Shown: piece by piece, positions 24,311 through 37,751 of the stretch
Position numbering within the stretch: the stretch's first letter is position 1
Layout: each line of letters opens with the position of its first letter
DNA from: Ostrea edulis
Lineage: Eukaryota
Direction of reading: 5' to 3'
Assembly (NCBI RefSeq): GCF_947568905.1
Contig: NC_079164.1
Location: 84,382,001-84,446,000, forward strand
DNA: 64,000 nucleotides
Position numbers and translations under genes: made by a program
Notes under the pieces: generated by a model
The model's input: only the letters and a program-made list of their open reading frames with translations
The model's database searches: none
Told to the model about the DNA's origin: nothing

Positions 24311-25497
24311 ATGAAAAGGTGAAGATGACAAGCAGTGATCAATCTCATAACTCTTATAAGCAATACAAAATAGATAGTTGGACAAACACGGACCCCTGGA
24401 CACACCAGAGGTGGGATCAGGTGCCTAGGAGGAGTAAGCGTCCCCTGTCGACTGGTCACACCCGCCGTTAGCCCCGTATTTTGATCAGGTAGTAAACGGA
24501 GTGATCTGTAGTGAAAATCAGTGTGTAAAGAACGGCTTAACGGTTTTTACGGTATGAAAAACATCGGATAGCATTTGACACCAATAGCTGGTTGTATTGG
24601 CAAACTAGATCGTAATAACGACACCCGAATTTGCGAAATGTTGACTTTAAACGAGACTGTTGAAACCCCTGTAATATCAACTTGTCTATCATCGGGATAT
24701 CCCGTTTGTCATAAAGTTGAATTGTTAGTTTGCCGTTAGCATCTAAGTTCAATAAAATAACTAAATACAAAGCAAATGTGGACGACTGTGATGTCTTTTA
24801 TTTCGAGTTCACTAGAATATAGAATCGACATAGAGATGAAAATGATTATTGTTACTGGATAAAACACGTCGTCGATAAATCTAATGTCGAGTTGAAGGCC
24901 ACAGCAAGGTTTTTTTTTCTTCTCATGTACAAGCTTTTGAACAAATTCTGCCTCATAAGAATATAAACACAGGTCAGCTAACAAAGAAGTACAATTCGTA
25001 TCCATGGGAATTCCAAACAACTTTTGGAAGACCTGATCACCAAAAAAAACCACGAAAATATTGTCAATGAGGAACACCAGCTGCATAATATTGATACCAA
25101 CTTTAGAATCAGAGTGGTGTTTAACAAAGTAATTTTTGAATGACTGATTACTAGATGTAGATATTTCCTTTTTTGTTGAAGAAGCAACTGCCTATGATAT
25201 CAAAAAGTCTAGACTTTAATTTATGTGAGGAATGATTGTGTAAAGTGTTAAAAAGTCATGTGTTTTGATGTTATTGATTTGAAAACTGTTTTGTTATTTC
25301 AAATTTACTTAAGTTCTTTAGAAGGTTTAAGTATATACATTTGATTTACACCATTTCTGGTATATGTTGAATACATTCAAAGTTTCTCCTTTACATCTGT
25401 TAATATTTTCGCGAGGAGCAAATATAAGGACTTGGTAGAATATTTACTGGATCCAGCAATGTATCTCTGTAAGGGTTTTTGTGAAGTTTTGGAATAT
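24311..25497 (-). mobile_element. Decayed Penelope-like (probable Naiad-type) element
   Basis: Fragments FLIDNIFVVF...FGIPMDTNCTSLLADLCLYSYEAEF...RFIDDV and LDANGKLTIQLYDKRD, with the family 3' end at ~24311. Confidence 0.75.
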
Positions 25498-26194
25498 TAG
25501 CAAAGAATAACAAAGAAAATACGTGCACTGAGATTGTACAACCTTTCCTTTAGTCTTCTCTCAAAAACTGCCATTAGTATGACAAGAAATTTCTTTCACT
25601 GTCATTTCGATAATTAGACCAAACATACTCCAGAAACATTCAGAATGTTTTTTCCAGAGCAAGAAGAGAGAACCTTCAGAGTCTTCATATGGCCCACAGA
25701 ACCATTGACAATGCAGTAACTCGGTTTAATGTCCAGCAAATGAATGACATCAGATAGGACTGGAGTCGGTCGTGAGTCATTAAGCAAAACTGCTACCAAA
25801 ATCCGGAAATTTCAAATTGGATTTAGATCTGGTGCATAAGAGACCAACGCTCTTTCAAGCCCATTACCAGAGAATTACTGAATTCATTTGTGTAAAAATC
25901 ATACTGAAGTCAAGGTTAGTTTCATTTCCTCAAATACATAGAAGCACATGGCATCTAAATGTTTAACGTCCCGCTTGAGAATTTTTCACTCATATGGAGA
26001 CGTCGCAATTGCCTTTACGTTGTGTTAACGTTAATGTCCATCTATTACTGGAAAGCAGCTTGTAAGAATTCGCAAAGATCGAGGTCCTGTGTCACAGCAG
26101 AAATATTGTGGAACTGACAAAGTGGACTACTTTATCATCAGACTTCTCTGTTGTACAGTGTATAAACAATACATTAAGGTTGTCTTTATTTGTT

Positions 26195-26345
26195 TGTTTT
26201 ACATCCCATCGATAAATTTTCACTTATATTGAGACGTTACCAGCTTTAGGCGAAATACCACAAATTTAGGCCCATGATTAGCGTTCGTAACAGTGAAGGT
26301 TCTTTAACATGCCAAAGCCTCTTTAAGGTCATATCGGAAAGACCC
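26195..26345 (-). mobile_element. SINE 3' fragment of the 38195 family
   Basis: gtttgtttacatcccatcga..aattttcacttatattgagacgttaccagct matches the reverse complement of the family tail. Confidence 0.6.
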
Positions 26346-26494
26346 ATTTTCAAGTTCAATGTGTTTACTCATTAAAATCCAAATGGACATTTACTAATGA
26401 GTAATCTATTGCTCATGCATATAATGGAATGGCAGTGTCCAAAATAGAAAACAACAATTAAATAGTTAATGAACAACAAAAATAACCACAAGTT

Positions 26495-26496
<2 letters not shown>

Positions 26497-26572
<76 letters not shown>
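26497..26572. repeat. (TA)n microsatellite abutting the 3' end of the CR1-like LINE
   Basis: Directly visible. Confidence 0.95.
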
Positions 26573-26573
<1 letters not shown>

Positions 26574-28335
26574 TGTACAGGTCACTGTAACTGTCTAGTA
26601 CGGTGAATGCCGGGGCCATGGCTGGAGGGTTTGGATGGGTGATTTGAACACCTCCAACGATGGTGAAATCACAACTGATTGTGGTAGAGTGTTCCAGTAT
26701 TGTATTGTTCGCGGAAAGAATGAATGTTTGTAAATATTGATTCGGCAGTGGGGTGGCACAAACTTCACGCAGTGACTATTCCTCGTTCCTCGTACTATTG
26801 CTAATGATGGTAAGTAGATTGTTGAAATAGCTATCAGTTGGTTTACTGCTTTATACATGAGTGTTGCATCGGTCCATATACGTCTCTGTTTTAGGGTGTT
26901 CCACTTCATTTCTTGTATCAATGATGTTACGCTCTCCGGCTTTTTTGGATTGTATGGCTTGTTCTTTACAAATCTTGCCGCATTACGTTGGACTTGTTCT
27001 ATCTGTTTCTTTTTGTTATTTTGGATTGGGTTCCATAATGGTGTTGCGTATTCCAGTTTTGGTCTTACTAAACTATGGTATGCTCTTTCCTTAACCTTTG
27101 ATGGACAATGCCGGAAATTGCGCTTCAGGAATCCCAATACACTGGAAGCTTTCTTACAGATGTTATCGATATGTATGTTATACTTCAGGTTGTCACTGAG
27201 CTCAACGCCGAGATAGGAATGATGGTTAACTATTTCAAGTGGCCCCCCTTCATGGTATAATTGAAGGTTCTCTTGGTTGTTTTTGTTCCGAACTGCATGA
27301 TGGCACACTTTTTAACGTTGAACTTCATTTGCCATGTATTGCTCCAGTCTACAAAAGTATTTAGGTCGTTCTGCAGGTATTCATGATCTTGTTGGCTAAG
27401 TACGGGTCGGTATATGACACAGTCATCTGCGAACAGTCTGATGGATGAGGTTATGTTACGTTGATGAAAATTAGAAACAGCGTCGGACCAAGTACCGTTC
27501 CCTGGGGAACTCCGGATGTTACTGGTGTTGTGCTAGATGTTGCGTTGTCGACTACTACCTGCTGTTTACGTTCTTCGACAATCGGATGTGTGGAACTTTG
27601 TCGAATGCTTTAGAGAACTCCAATATTCCCATGTCTACTTGCTTTCCCTGGTCTAGGTGTTTGGCGATGTCATCTGTTGTCATTAACAGTTGCGATTCGC
27701 AAGACCGTTTGGCCCGAAATCCATGTTGGTTTTCATGTAGGATGTTTTGGCTATCAAGGTGGTCCATGATCTGGGATACAATAATATGTTCAAACATTTT
27801 TGATATGACAGCTGTTAGTGATACTGGCCTATAGTTTTCTGGTGTGGTTCTATCGCCCTTCTTGTAAATAGGCACAATGTTGGCGTTCTTCCAATCTGTT
27901 GGTATCTCTCCTTTATCTAGTGATTGTTGGAATATAAAGGATAATACTGGTGTTATGATATCAGCTGTTTGTTTCAGGAAAGTGATGGGTATCTTATCTG
28001 GTCCGCTTGCTTTCTTTTCGTTCAGGTGCTGGATACTCTTTTTGACTCCTGTGTTGGAGATGTTAATGTTTTTCATTGGTGTATATGGTGATGGTCCTTT
28101 CTCGGGAATGTTGTTTGTGTCCTCTTTCGTAAGACTGATGTAAACTGCTCGTTTAATATGTTTGCTTTTTCTAAAGGTGTTTCTGCAATTTTTCCATTTC
28201 CTTTCAGTGTTCCGATCCCCATAGTATCTTGCTTACGGATTTTGATGTATTTCCAGAAGTTTTTTGATGTTGTGTCTTCTTCTGGGTCCAATAACGTATT
28301 TAGATAATTATGGTAGGATGAATGGATCTTGTTAC
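26573..28335 (-). mobile_element. 5'-truncated, frameshifted CR1-group LINE (RT and C-terminal region)
   Basis: KKASGPDKIP...WKNANIVPIYKKGDR..PENYRPVSLT...QHGFRAKRSCESQL...[11 protein letters not shown]; [10 protein letters not shown] and IRLFADDCVIYRP (~27510-27405); YLGVELSDNLKYN...RPKLEYATPLWNP...HSFFPRTIQYWNTLP. Confidence 0.88.
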
Positions 28336-30129
28336 GTACTAATTTCCTTTATTCTTTAAATGTTGTAGACTGATGGCTATTCTCTCCTTATTTCAAAGCT
28401 TGTTTGTACATCCGCTTTTTCTTGCGTATCATTCGCCATGGTACTTACCTTGTGAATACCGAGCGTTTGGCGAAGGAGCAATCACTACCGTAGATAGAAT
28501 GTTCTATCGTTCAAGTGATAATGTCCTACGGACCCGGTTTAACGATAGAATGCCTCCCATATACCCGCTATGTAGCAAAATAAAAATTGCACTCAGTACA
28601 TGTTTCGGTAAAATCATGTCACATATACAACCAAGAAAGGTACCTTCACAACTGACTCGCCATTCCATCTTAATTAGCGTAGAAAGAGAATTAAAACCTA
28701 AGAATTGGAATTTCGCTGTGTACAGCTTCCATTCTACCGGAACTTATCATTGCGTAAGCGAACAGCTTCCAAATATGGCCTTTAACGGAAAATGTACTAT
28801 GATCTTTACTACGCCGTTATTTTACAAGAAAATTAACGTATGGCTTCCAACAAAGGTTGTAAATTAAGAAATATAAGTTAAGTCAACAATGCAGCATCAA
28901 ATTGAATTAATATGAAGGTTTAATATTCTACTTCTGATGAAAATTGCTTTCATAAGGCCTGAATGAGGAAAATTAACTAGATTGCATTGGCAAACACATA
29001 TCTTTTCCCTTTAGCACTGCAGAGATTATTTCTGCCTGTTCGTCTTTCAATTCTACACGGTAATTCTGTGTTCACTGCACATCGTACTTTTTTTTTTTAT
29101 CTTCAAGCTCTTTGAAAAAGGTACGTTTCACTGTTTTCCATATATGGTAGTGGGCGGTTCTTCTTTGAGCATTCGTTTTCGAAAACACTGCAGGGTGTTC
29201 CGATAACAGTTTCCGGTAAAATGGCAGTCAATTTGAATCGAAAAAAGTGACATTTTAAAGTGTTCAGTTAAAAATATTATCTTACGTATTTTTACAATGT
29301 TAAGGACTTACGAATTATCAGTGAGGTTAGATGTATTCAATTTTAGCTTCAAATTTACGCATTTATTCTTTGGTGATTTTAGAATCGTTTTGGAACGATT
29401 CTGCAATTTTCTGCTACATTACGGGTATATGGGAGGCATTCTAACTGTGGTGAGAGCCTGTCCCAAGAAATAGTTAGATTATTCTAACTATCACTACCTG
29501 TATGCAAGCCTTAGGTTTGACGCGACTGTGACACGACTTTCTTGTTACAAAGCTCCACTATTGAGTTTCCGCGACCGCTTATTTCAGTTTTTGATCAGCT
29601 ATAATTAAAGTTACCTTCACAAAATGTCAAAATCTGTAATACTAAATCACTTTAAGCAAAAACATGACTAATTTTATTTTATTGTGTTTAGTACGAAAGC
29701 CAATTGACCTAATTTTCGTAGCAGAATTTTGCGTTGTAACGCGAACATTTCGCAAATAAACTCGTGACTTTCGCAAATAATCGCGTAATTTTCGCTTTAT
29801 AACGCAAAAATCACACATTATAACGCGAAACATTTACTTAATAAAGTGCAGAGTTTGCTTATAAACAGCAAAGAATTTATCGATTAATTGCGCTCCATGA
29901 GAAGCATGGAATAATTTGTTCATTACATTGAAGAAAAATGACAAAAGACTTGTCCAGCTGTACTTTGTAGTTTTTGTACACGCATACCTCTTGATATAAT
30001 TTGACTGCTTTATGTAAGTAGATCATCTCTTATTGACCTTTGATCCCATTGTACTTAAATTTTGAAACATATTTTGTGTCACAGGAGAGGTCTTTCTAGA
30101 TAACAAATTATATCCAAACCAAACCCATA

Positions 30130-31035
30130 CCAAATAAAAAATACGCTAGAGTTTCTTATTGACAATATCTTCGTGGTCTTAGCTGATCAGCTCTTCCAAC
30201 AGTCTGTTGGAATTCGGATGGGCACGAATTGTGCTCCTTTGTTAGCTGACCTGTTTTTATATTCATATGAAGCAGAATTTATTTAAAAACTTCTACGTGA
30301 GAAGAAAAAAATATCTTGCTGTGGCCTTCAATTCGACATTTAGATATATCGACAACGTTTTGTCTATTAACAATAATAACTTTCATTCATATGTCGATTC
30401 GATATATCCCTGTGAGCTCGAAGTAAAGGACACCACAGAGTCGTCCACTTCTGCTTCATTCTGTACTTTAGATAATTTATTGAAAGGAGACATTAACGGC
30501 AAACTGACAATTCAACTGTATGACAAACGTGATGATATCAGCTTCTCCATCGTCAACTTCCCAGCAATATTCCATTATCACCTGCATATGGTTGCATATA
30601 TCTCTCAACTGATTCAATACGCAAGAGCTGGTTCTGTGTATTGTCAGTTTTTAAATCGAGGCAAGCTACTTACAAATAAGATGATGGTACAGGGGTTTGA
30701 ACAGTCTCGATTGAAGACAACATTTCGCTAATTCTATGGTCAACGATCTAGTTTGCCAACACAACCTATCATTGGGTCAAATGCTGTCTTACATGTTTCA
30801 TACCGATTGTTAGACCGTTCTTGGCACACTGATTTTGACTACGGATAACTCCGTTTACCTGATCAGGATATAGGACTCAAGGCGGGTGTGACCAGTCGAC
30901 AGGGGATGCTTACTCCTCCCAGGCGCCTGGTCCCACCCTGGTAAGTCCAGGGGTCCGTGTTTGCCCAGCTGTCTATTTTGTATTGCTTGTGGGAATTATG
31001 GGGGTTGATCACTGTTCGTTATCTTCACCTTTCAT
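30130..31035 (+). mobile_element. Penelope-like (probable Naiad-type) RT 3' half
   Basis: EFLIDNIFVV...QQSVGIRMGTNCAPLLADLFLYSYEAEF, FRYIDNVLSINN and LYDKRDDISFSIVNFP, followed by the family 3' end. Confidence 0.78.
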
Positions 31036-32364
31036 GACAAAGTTATAAAACAGTCAGTTACTAAGGTTGCGTTGAGATTTTACTGGTATTTTCAAAAGAT
31101 GACAACCAAGGGACATAACCTTTGAAAAGTGTGGATTCATCAATTATTGGAAGAAAATGACTTAGGTCACCAAGTGCTTTCTAGAGACAGTATGAGTGGG
31201 GTTTTCAGGTTATCAAATGAATCAAACGAAAACGTAGATTAAACATTGTTAACTTAGTACATAAATTCAGAGATTTAGAGTGGCTAATAATCCAGTAGTT
31301 CTTTAAAATTCTGTGACATTGTGAAGCTTGATTTCATTGGACGAAAGTCTATACCCCCGTATTCAAAGCTGTTGTTAACTAATCAACACCGGTATTAATC
31401 AATTAGAAATACGCAGTCAACTTTGCATTCACTAAAACTTTAATAGCCAAACATTCCGAAATATGCCTGAGCAAAATGTAGGCGTGTTAGAGTGTACCTG
31501 TATATAATTAAAAAAACAAATTTTACCTTGAGGTACCTTATAAATGCATATTAAAACGTCAGTTTTCGTTCATTATACTAATCACGAGTTCCTGATTTAC
31601 ATAAATATATTTATAGAGAGAGTTTCTCAGTACATGTATAACCCTCACGTTTTGCGTTAATACTTTTGATTTCCATTAGTGGAACTCTTCAAATTAAAGG
31701 CGCGTAAAGTCGTGCTACCGGGACAACGTAAACATTAGGCACACGTAATACGGCATTGAATACAAATTATAAAGAACTGCAAATCACAACACTGATCAGA
31801 ATTATAAAGTTGAAATAAATAAAATTATGTTAACAAGAAAAAAGACAAACTTGTTAAACTATGTGAGGGAGCACAGGTACTGAATTTGCTAAATTTGACA
31901 GATATAAAGCATCAACTGCAAGAGCAAGAAGAACTGTAACGGAAAAAAACCAATGCACATCCAACATAACGAAATTTTCTTGCAAATAATGGGATCCATA
32001 TGCTTTTAAAGTTATTCTCTCAGACTATGAAGATATTTTATCATAGAATTAGCGCAAGTTCATATGGCATTGACTTTATAAGTATACATGCACCCCCCTC
32101 CTTTTCCAATATTTTAAAATAAATTATCCATCTCTCAAACTGCATTTTAAAAAAATTGTTACGTTTATAACACTAATGAACACAACTGATATGTTTCCGA
32201 ACTTCATCTAAGCTATTTCATAAATTACAACTGTCGATGGAATTCGGATAGAAAACATCGATTTTTGAAATAGATGTGATACATTATGTAGCGTTCAAAA
32301 ACACGTTAGTTTTATATATTAGTGTTAGGTTTTTTTTAATGGCTATTTTACCATATGACACCAC

Positions 32365-32367
<3 letters not shown>

Positions 32368-32425
<58 letters not shown>
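32368..32425. repeat. (TA)n microsatellite
   Basis: Directly visible. Confidence 0.95.
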
Positions 32426-32427
<2 letters not shown>

Positions 32428-32954
32428 AAAAAAGGGGGGGGGGTGGGGGGTTATCAACGTTTTAATTATGTCCCGCTAATCTCGCACTTGCTCGCGAGAC
32501 TTGTTCATTGACGCGCAAGAGTCATCAAAGCGCGATAACTCTGACGGGCTGGTAATAGGAAGTATTCGCGAAAGTTTAGCGTTATAAAGCGAATTTTGTT
32601 TACTGGTACGAAAAAGAGCTTAATGGGCTTTCGTAAAAAACCGATTCATAACGGACTATTAATCAAATCATGCATTTGTTATCATGGTGTATCCTCAATA
32701 GATACGGGAATTTTATGTAAAAATTGATGAAATATCGTCGCTTTCCTGGGGTTTTCTTACATGTGTTTAAATTATCTCGTTTATTATACAATAAAATGCA
32801 ATACAATTATTTATTGCCAAATAATGGGCCCCTGGGGACGCAAAACAAAACAAACTATATTGTTATTTTAAAATCTTGTACAACATATTTGAACATCAAC
32901 TAAAGGTACCCACACACGATGCATAAGGAACAATGTGAATAGAACACATCTCAC

Positions 32955-33990
32955 ATTTTAAGCCCCCTTTGAAAATATTGTTTTGTCAGTCGCTCTGTCT
33001 GTCGGTCTGTACACCAAGTCTTGTCCGCTCAGTATCTAAAGAACCCTTTGCTTGACAGTTACCAAACGTGGTACAGTGGTTGCACCAAGAGGGAATATGA
33101 CCCCTATAGATTTTAAGGTCACAAAGTCAACAGTCAAACTGGATATGATAAAATATTGTCTCAATATCTTTAGAACCATTCGCTTGACAAACATAAAACT
33201 TAGTGCACTGAGTTATCCTAAGAATAAGATCAAATCTCAAGGTCAAACAGAATATAGTAAGATATTGCCCACTCAATAGATTGAGAACTCTTTGCTTGAC
33301 ATACGCCAATCTTGGTTCACTGGTTCTACATGAGGAGTAGATGACTCCTGTTCATTTTGATGTTAGGGTCAATGGTCAAAGTTCTCTGGACATAAGATAT
33401 TATCCTCTCAATATCTAAAGAACCCATTGGTACAGTGGTTGCCCCTTGGGAGTAGAATACTCCAATTGTTTTAGGTCACAAGGTCAATGGTCAAACTAGT
33501 CATAGTAAGATATTTGTTACTCAATATCTCGAAAACGCTTTGCGTGGCAGATACATGTACCAAACTTAGTTTGATAGTTTATCAAATAGTACACTGTTTC
33601 TACCTATGGAGTAACTTTTGAAATGACAAGATCAAAGGTCAAGAGTTAAACTGGATATAATAAGATACTGTCCACTCAATATTTTGAGAGCCATTTCCTT
33701 GACAGACATAAACTTGTAAATGGTGCCCCTAGAGAGTAAATAGCTTCTATTGGTTTTCAGATCACAAGGTCAAAAGTCATGATTCGAATGACAAGTTAAA
33801 TGGAAATGTCTACTCAATACCTTGAAAGATTAAACATACTAGTATGGTTGCCTCTGACTCCCAGGTAACCCATGTTTTTCACTATTACTGCATAAATTCT
33901 TAATAGTTGATGATTTTCAATATTGCTATGGGGGAGGGGGGCATAATTATATGTTTCTTTGACATTTCTTGTTTCTACTAGACCATTTTG
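32955..33990 (+). mobile_element. Non-autonomous Helentron-like element with a degenerate internal tandem array
   Basis: Starts in a T-run (ttttaagccccct), followed by a (gtct)n microsatellite and repeated ttttaaggtcacaaggtcaa...tcaaactgg...taagatattg units. Ends ggggagggggcata...tttcttgtt. Confidence 0.55.
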
Positions 33991-34084
33991 AAACGCAACC
34001 ATGACTACATCTAAGAATCACATATTGCATTAATTGGCTCTTAATTAGGTGCTTACTCAAAAAAAAGAAACAACCAAAAAAAAC

Positions 34085-34992
34085 ACAAGAGGTCCAGGGG
34101 CCTTATAGGTGACCTGAGTATCATGTAACAACCTTCCAATGTTTGAATTAGGTTTGTGTTTAAATATAAGAATTTTACTTTTGGATGGAAGAAACATTGA
34201 ATAGCTATGTGGTCATGAAGTACATGTGTCATTTTTATGTTCAATCAATAATCCTTTTTAAAAAACCTAGGTCTGAGACATCATAAAGAAAAGGGTTATT
34301 TACTCCTTAGATAAAACCAATATACATGTACATAATAATTTCATGTCTGTCAAGTAAAGGGTTCTTAAAGTATTGAGTAGTTGTATATATTCCTATTATT
34401 CGGTTTACCCTTGTCTTTGTGATTTTATTAGCTACAATGGTCATCTTCTCCGAAAGGAACCAGTTGTTTTTTTAAATTACACTCACTTTGATGGTTTTTG
34501 CCCCACCCCTCAGGCCCCAGGGGGGCAGGGACCACGAATTTCACAATTTTTGTTCCCCTCCACCCATAGATGCTATATGCCAAAATTGGTTGAAATTGGT
34601 TCAGGGGTTTCAGAGAAGAAGCTGAAAATGTTCAAATGTTAACGCACGACGACGGACAAAAACAGAAGATTTTCAAAGAAATATTGCATTTTCACTATAT
34701 AATCAATCAGCCCCGCCTTTGCACCAGAACCCCTGACCCAGGGGCCATAAATTTCAGTTTTGAAAGAAGCATCCTTGATCATCATTATCATACTATTAGT
34801 TTGTCTACTTAATACCCAGCAGCAGAGGAGAAGATTTTCAAAGAAATAAAATGCATTTTCACTATATGATCAATAGGGCCCCACCCCAATACCAGAACCC
34901 CTGACCCAGGGCCATGAATTTCACAATTTTGAAAGAGGCATCCTTGCTCATCATAACCATGCTATTGGTTTGTCTACTTAATACCCAAGGAC

Positions 34993-35042
<50 letters not shown>

Positions 35043-35590
35043 GAGCCCCACCCTAGCACCAGAACCCCTGATCCAGGGGCCATGAATTTCACAATTTTTA
35101 AAGAGACATCCTTGCTCATTATTATCATGCTATTAGTTTGTCTACTTAATACCCAGAGACAGAGAAGAAGATTTTCAAAGAATTTCTACATTTTCACTAT
35201 ATGACCAATAGAGCCCCACCCTAACACAAGAACCCCTGCCCCAGGGGCCATGAATTTCACAATTTTGGTAGAGGGCTCAACGCTCATTATAATTATGCCC
35301 ACAGTTTGGCTTCTTGATGTCCAGGAGTAAAGAAGAAGATTTTTTAAAATTACACTCATTTTGATGGTTTTTGCCCCACCCCTCAGGCCCCAGGGGGGGG
35401 GGGGGCAGGGACCACGAATTTCACAATTTTTGTTCCCCTCCACCCATAGATGCTATATACCAAAATTGGTTGAAATTGGTTCAGGGGTTTCAGAGAAGAA
35501 GCTGAAAATGTTCAAATGTTAACGCACGACGAACGACGACGGACAAAAACAGATAGCAATAGGTCACCTGAATGATTCAGGTGACCTAAA
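34085..35590 (-). mobile_element. Non-autonomous Helentron-like (HINE) element with ~165-bp satellite array
   Basis: On the minus strand the 5' hairpin is tttaggtcacctgaatcattcaggtgacctattg and the 3' end is ctcaggtcacc...ggcc...cctcttgt. About four units lie at ~34665-35340, and segment 34455-34665 recurs at 35341-35550. Confidence 0.7.
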
Positions 35591-35752
35591 AAAACAACCA
35601 AACAACAAAACAAAAACAGGGAAGTTTAACGTGAGCTTTCCCATAAATTGCAAGCAATATAGTACAATGTTCAGTTCTAAAAACTAGTTATAACCTGTAC
35701 ACGGAATAATCTATTCACGGAAATTAATATTTCTTATTCACAGCCCGTGACT

Positions 35753-36956
35753 ATGAAAGGTCTGGCCGTACAAGTGCTAGCTGCCATTCTGCTCTTTGTC
35801 TCCCTCTCCTACTCTCAGGAACAATGGGAGGGACAGAAATTTCCTAAATACGCCGTAGTGGACAAACACATCAATGTCAGAGAAATTATTCGATTTGGGG
35901 GGAGAGAAGGTGAGGGACAGAATGATGTTGAGGAATCTGAAGTCCCAGAGGAGGCTGGCTCCCGTGGGTTCTCTGCTTCTTCCATGCTGACCATGCTGTC
36001 CAATGCTGCCAAAATAAGGAAGGTTAAAAACATGCTCCCCTTGTCAGGAATCCAATGGCTTAAAGACGACGACGACACCGGAAAAGCCATCAATTGTGGT
36101 ACGTTTATACATATTTGATAAATGGATTGAATTTCACAATGTTTTAATTTGGTGTTTAAAGGTTTGTGTTATAAATGGCTTTTTGTTTTTACGAATTGTT
36201 ATGCTTGTTGAAGAAAATCCGTTTCAAATGGTAGGGAACTTGCACACTTAGCGAAATTATATTTTCAGGACCGGCTGGTTCACATTTAATCGTGACATGG
36301 AAACCTCGAATCATCGACCCACAGAAATCTGTGCGGATTTCCTTTGACATTGTGAATCGTAAGTTCGTCTATATATCAGATTTAATGTCACCAATTTCTC
36401 TTTCATTGAAAACCTAGAATCTTAACGATTCTCTTTTCTTCGCCGACAGCTATTGACTTTGACAAGGGTAAGGGTCATGTGGATGTGTACATGGAAGACA
36501 GTCCTGACCCCATTTTTTCAGTGGACCAAGACATCGCCTGTCAGGATCTTGCCAAACAGTTTCCCGTCCGTTGTCCAATGAAGAAAGGAGGTATGTACTG
36601 CGTTTTATAACTCCATGAATTTTGAAACACAACTGACTCTCTATCTAGATGTCGATTTATATGAGCGGTTTTTTCCTACTTGTAGAAATTCACAAGGCTA
36701 CATTCACGTACTCGGATCTGTCCAAACTACCAACGGTAACACTCCATCCTCCTTTCTCGTGATTTAACGTGCTAATTTCATTACGTCTAGGAGTTAATTG
36801 TGATATTTTCACTTTCAGGGAAGCTACACCATCGTGCTGAAGATCTTTAGTTATGCATCCAACCCGCCACCATTGTTCGGCTGTCTGAACATGACCTTGA
36901 AGATCGTGCCATCGGCAAACAGATTTGCTCACCCGTTTCCACAAGTTATCGTTTAA
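35753..36956 (+). CDS. Secreted ML-domain protein, copy B, 254 aa (paralogue of 8259-10035)
   Basis: Coding exons 35753-36098, 36269-36358, 36450-36590, 36686-36735 and 36819-36956; GT-AG introns, same phases, 765 nt, no stops. Homology to copy A extends into the introns and 3' UTR. Confidence 0.85.
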
Positions 36957-37498
36957 ATCTTTTTAAGTTCCATATACAAATCCTCTCTTGACTTTCACGA
37001 AATTTCATTTTTAACTTGATGCCAATATTAGCACCATTTCCTCGTTTGTGCAATTATGTCTCCGTCAAGTCAGTGTTTCTGTGAGTTTCCGTCTTATTGT
37101 TTTCAACCAAATTTCAGCGCACAATTCAACAGTTCAACCCTGAAACATTGTTTCCAGTATCAGAGTGTGACAAAAATTCCCGGGGGTAAGCGGTGGACGC
37201 GTCTTTAACTTAAGGTATATAGAAGAGCTGCACGGCCCCAGGACTCGATCCTGACTTGTTTATATTCACTGTATATTCATTGTATATTCAGTTGAAAATT
37301 ATTGTACTCTGGACGTATGTTTTCTAGCTTTCAATGTAAATTTTTATGTGTAATTTTGTAAGTGTTTACAATGCTGTATAATCCACTTGAAACAAAGGCT
37401 CCATTACTGTATCAAACCATTCTTCAAAAACTGTATATGAATAAACTTTTGATATCTTAATTTTGATTTTTAAACGCTGACCGTTAGCGACAATGTGC

Positions 37499-37751
37499 CA
37501 TAGTTGCCAACCTCCAACATGCCATAGTTGCCAACTTCCAACATGTTAAAAGAGGGGCATGACTATTGCAAACTGGAAATTACACACGCCAACTAATTAA
37601 ATACAAAACTACGCTCGAAAATTGGGAAATTTCCATCGGGTTCGACAAAATTCGGATGAAAGTTACGACCCGCCGGGTCTTAAAAAGTTATCGGGTTACG
37701 GGTCGAAAAATCGGGTGTAACCCGACAAAATCGGGTGAGTTGGCAACTATG
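37499..37751. mobile_element. Small TIR element (hAT-like termini catagttgccaac), left TIR duplicated
   Basis: catagttgccaac occurs at 37499 and 37523, and gttggcaactatg ends at 37751. No clean TSD was found. Confidence 0.4.

Noticed and set aside
25500-25900. Coding-looking stretch (MVAVLLNDSRPTPVLSDVIHLLDIKPSY...)
   Set aside because: No recognisable motif or consistent splice signals were found; it may be a decayed TE but cannot be supported.
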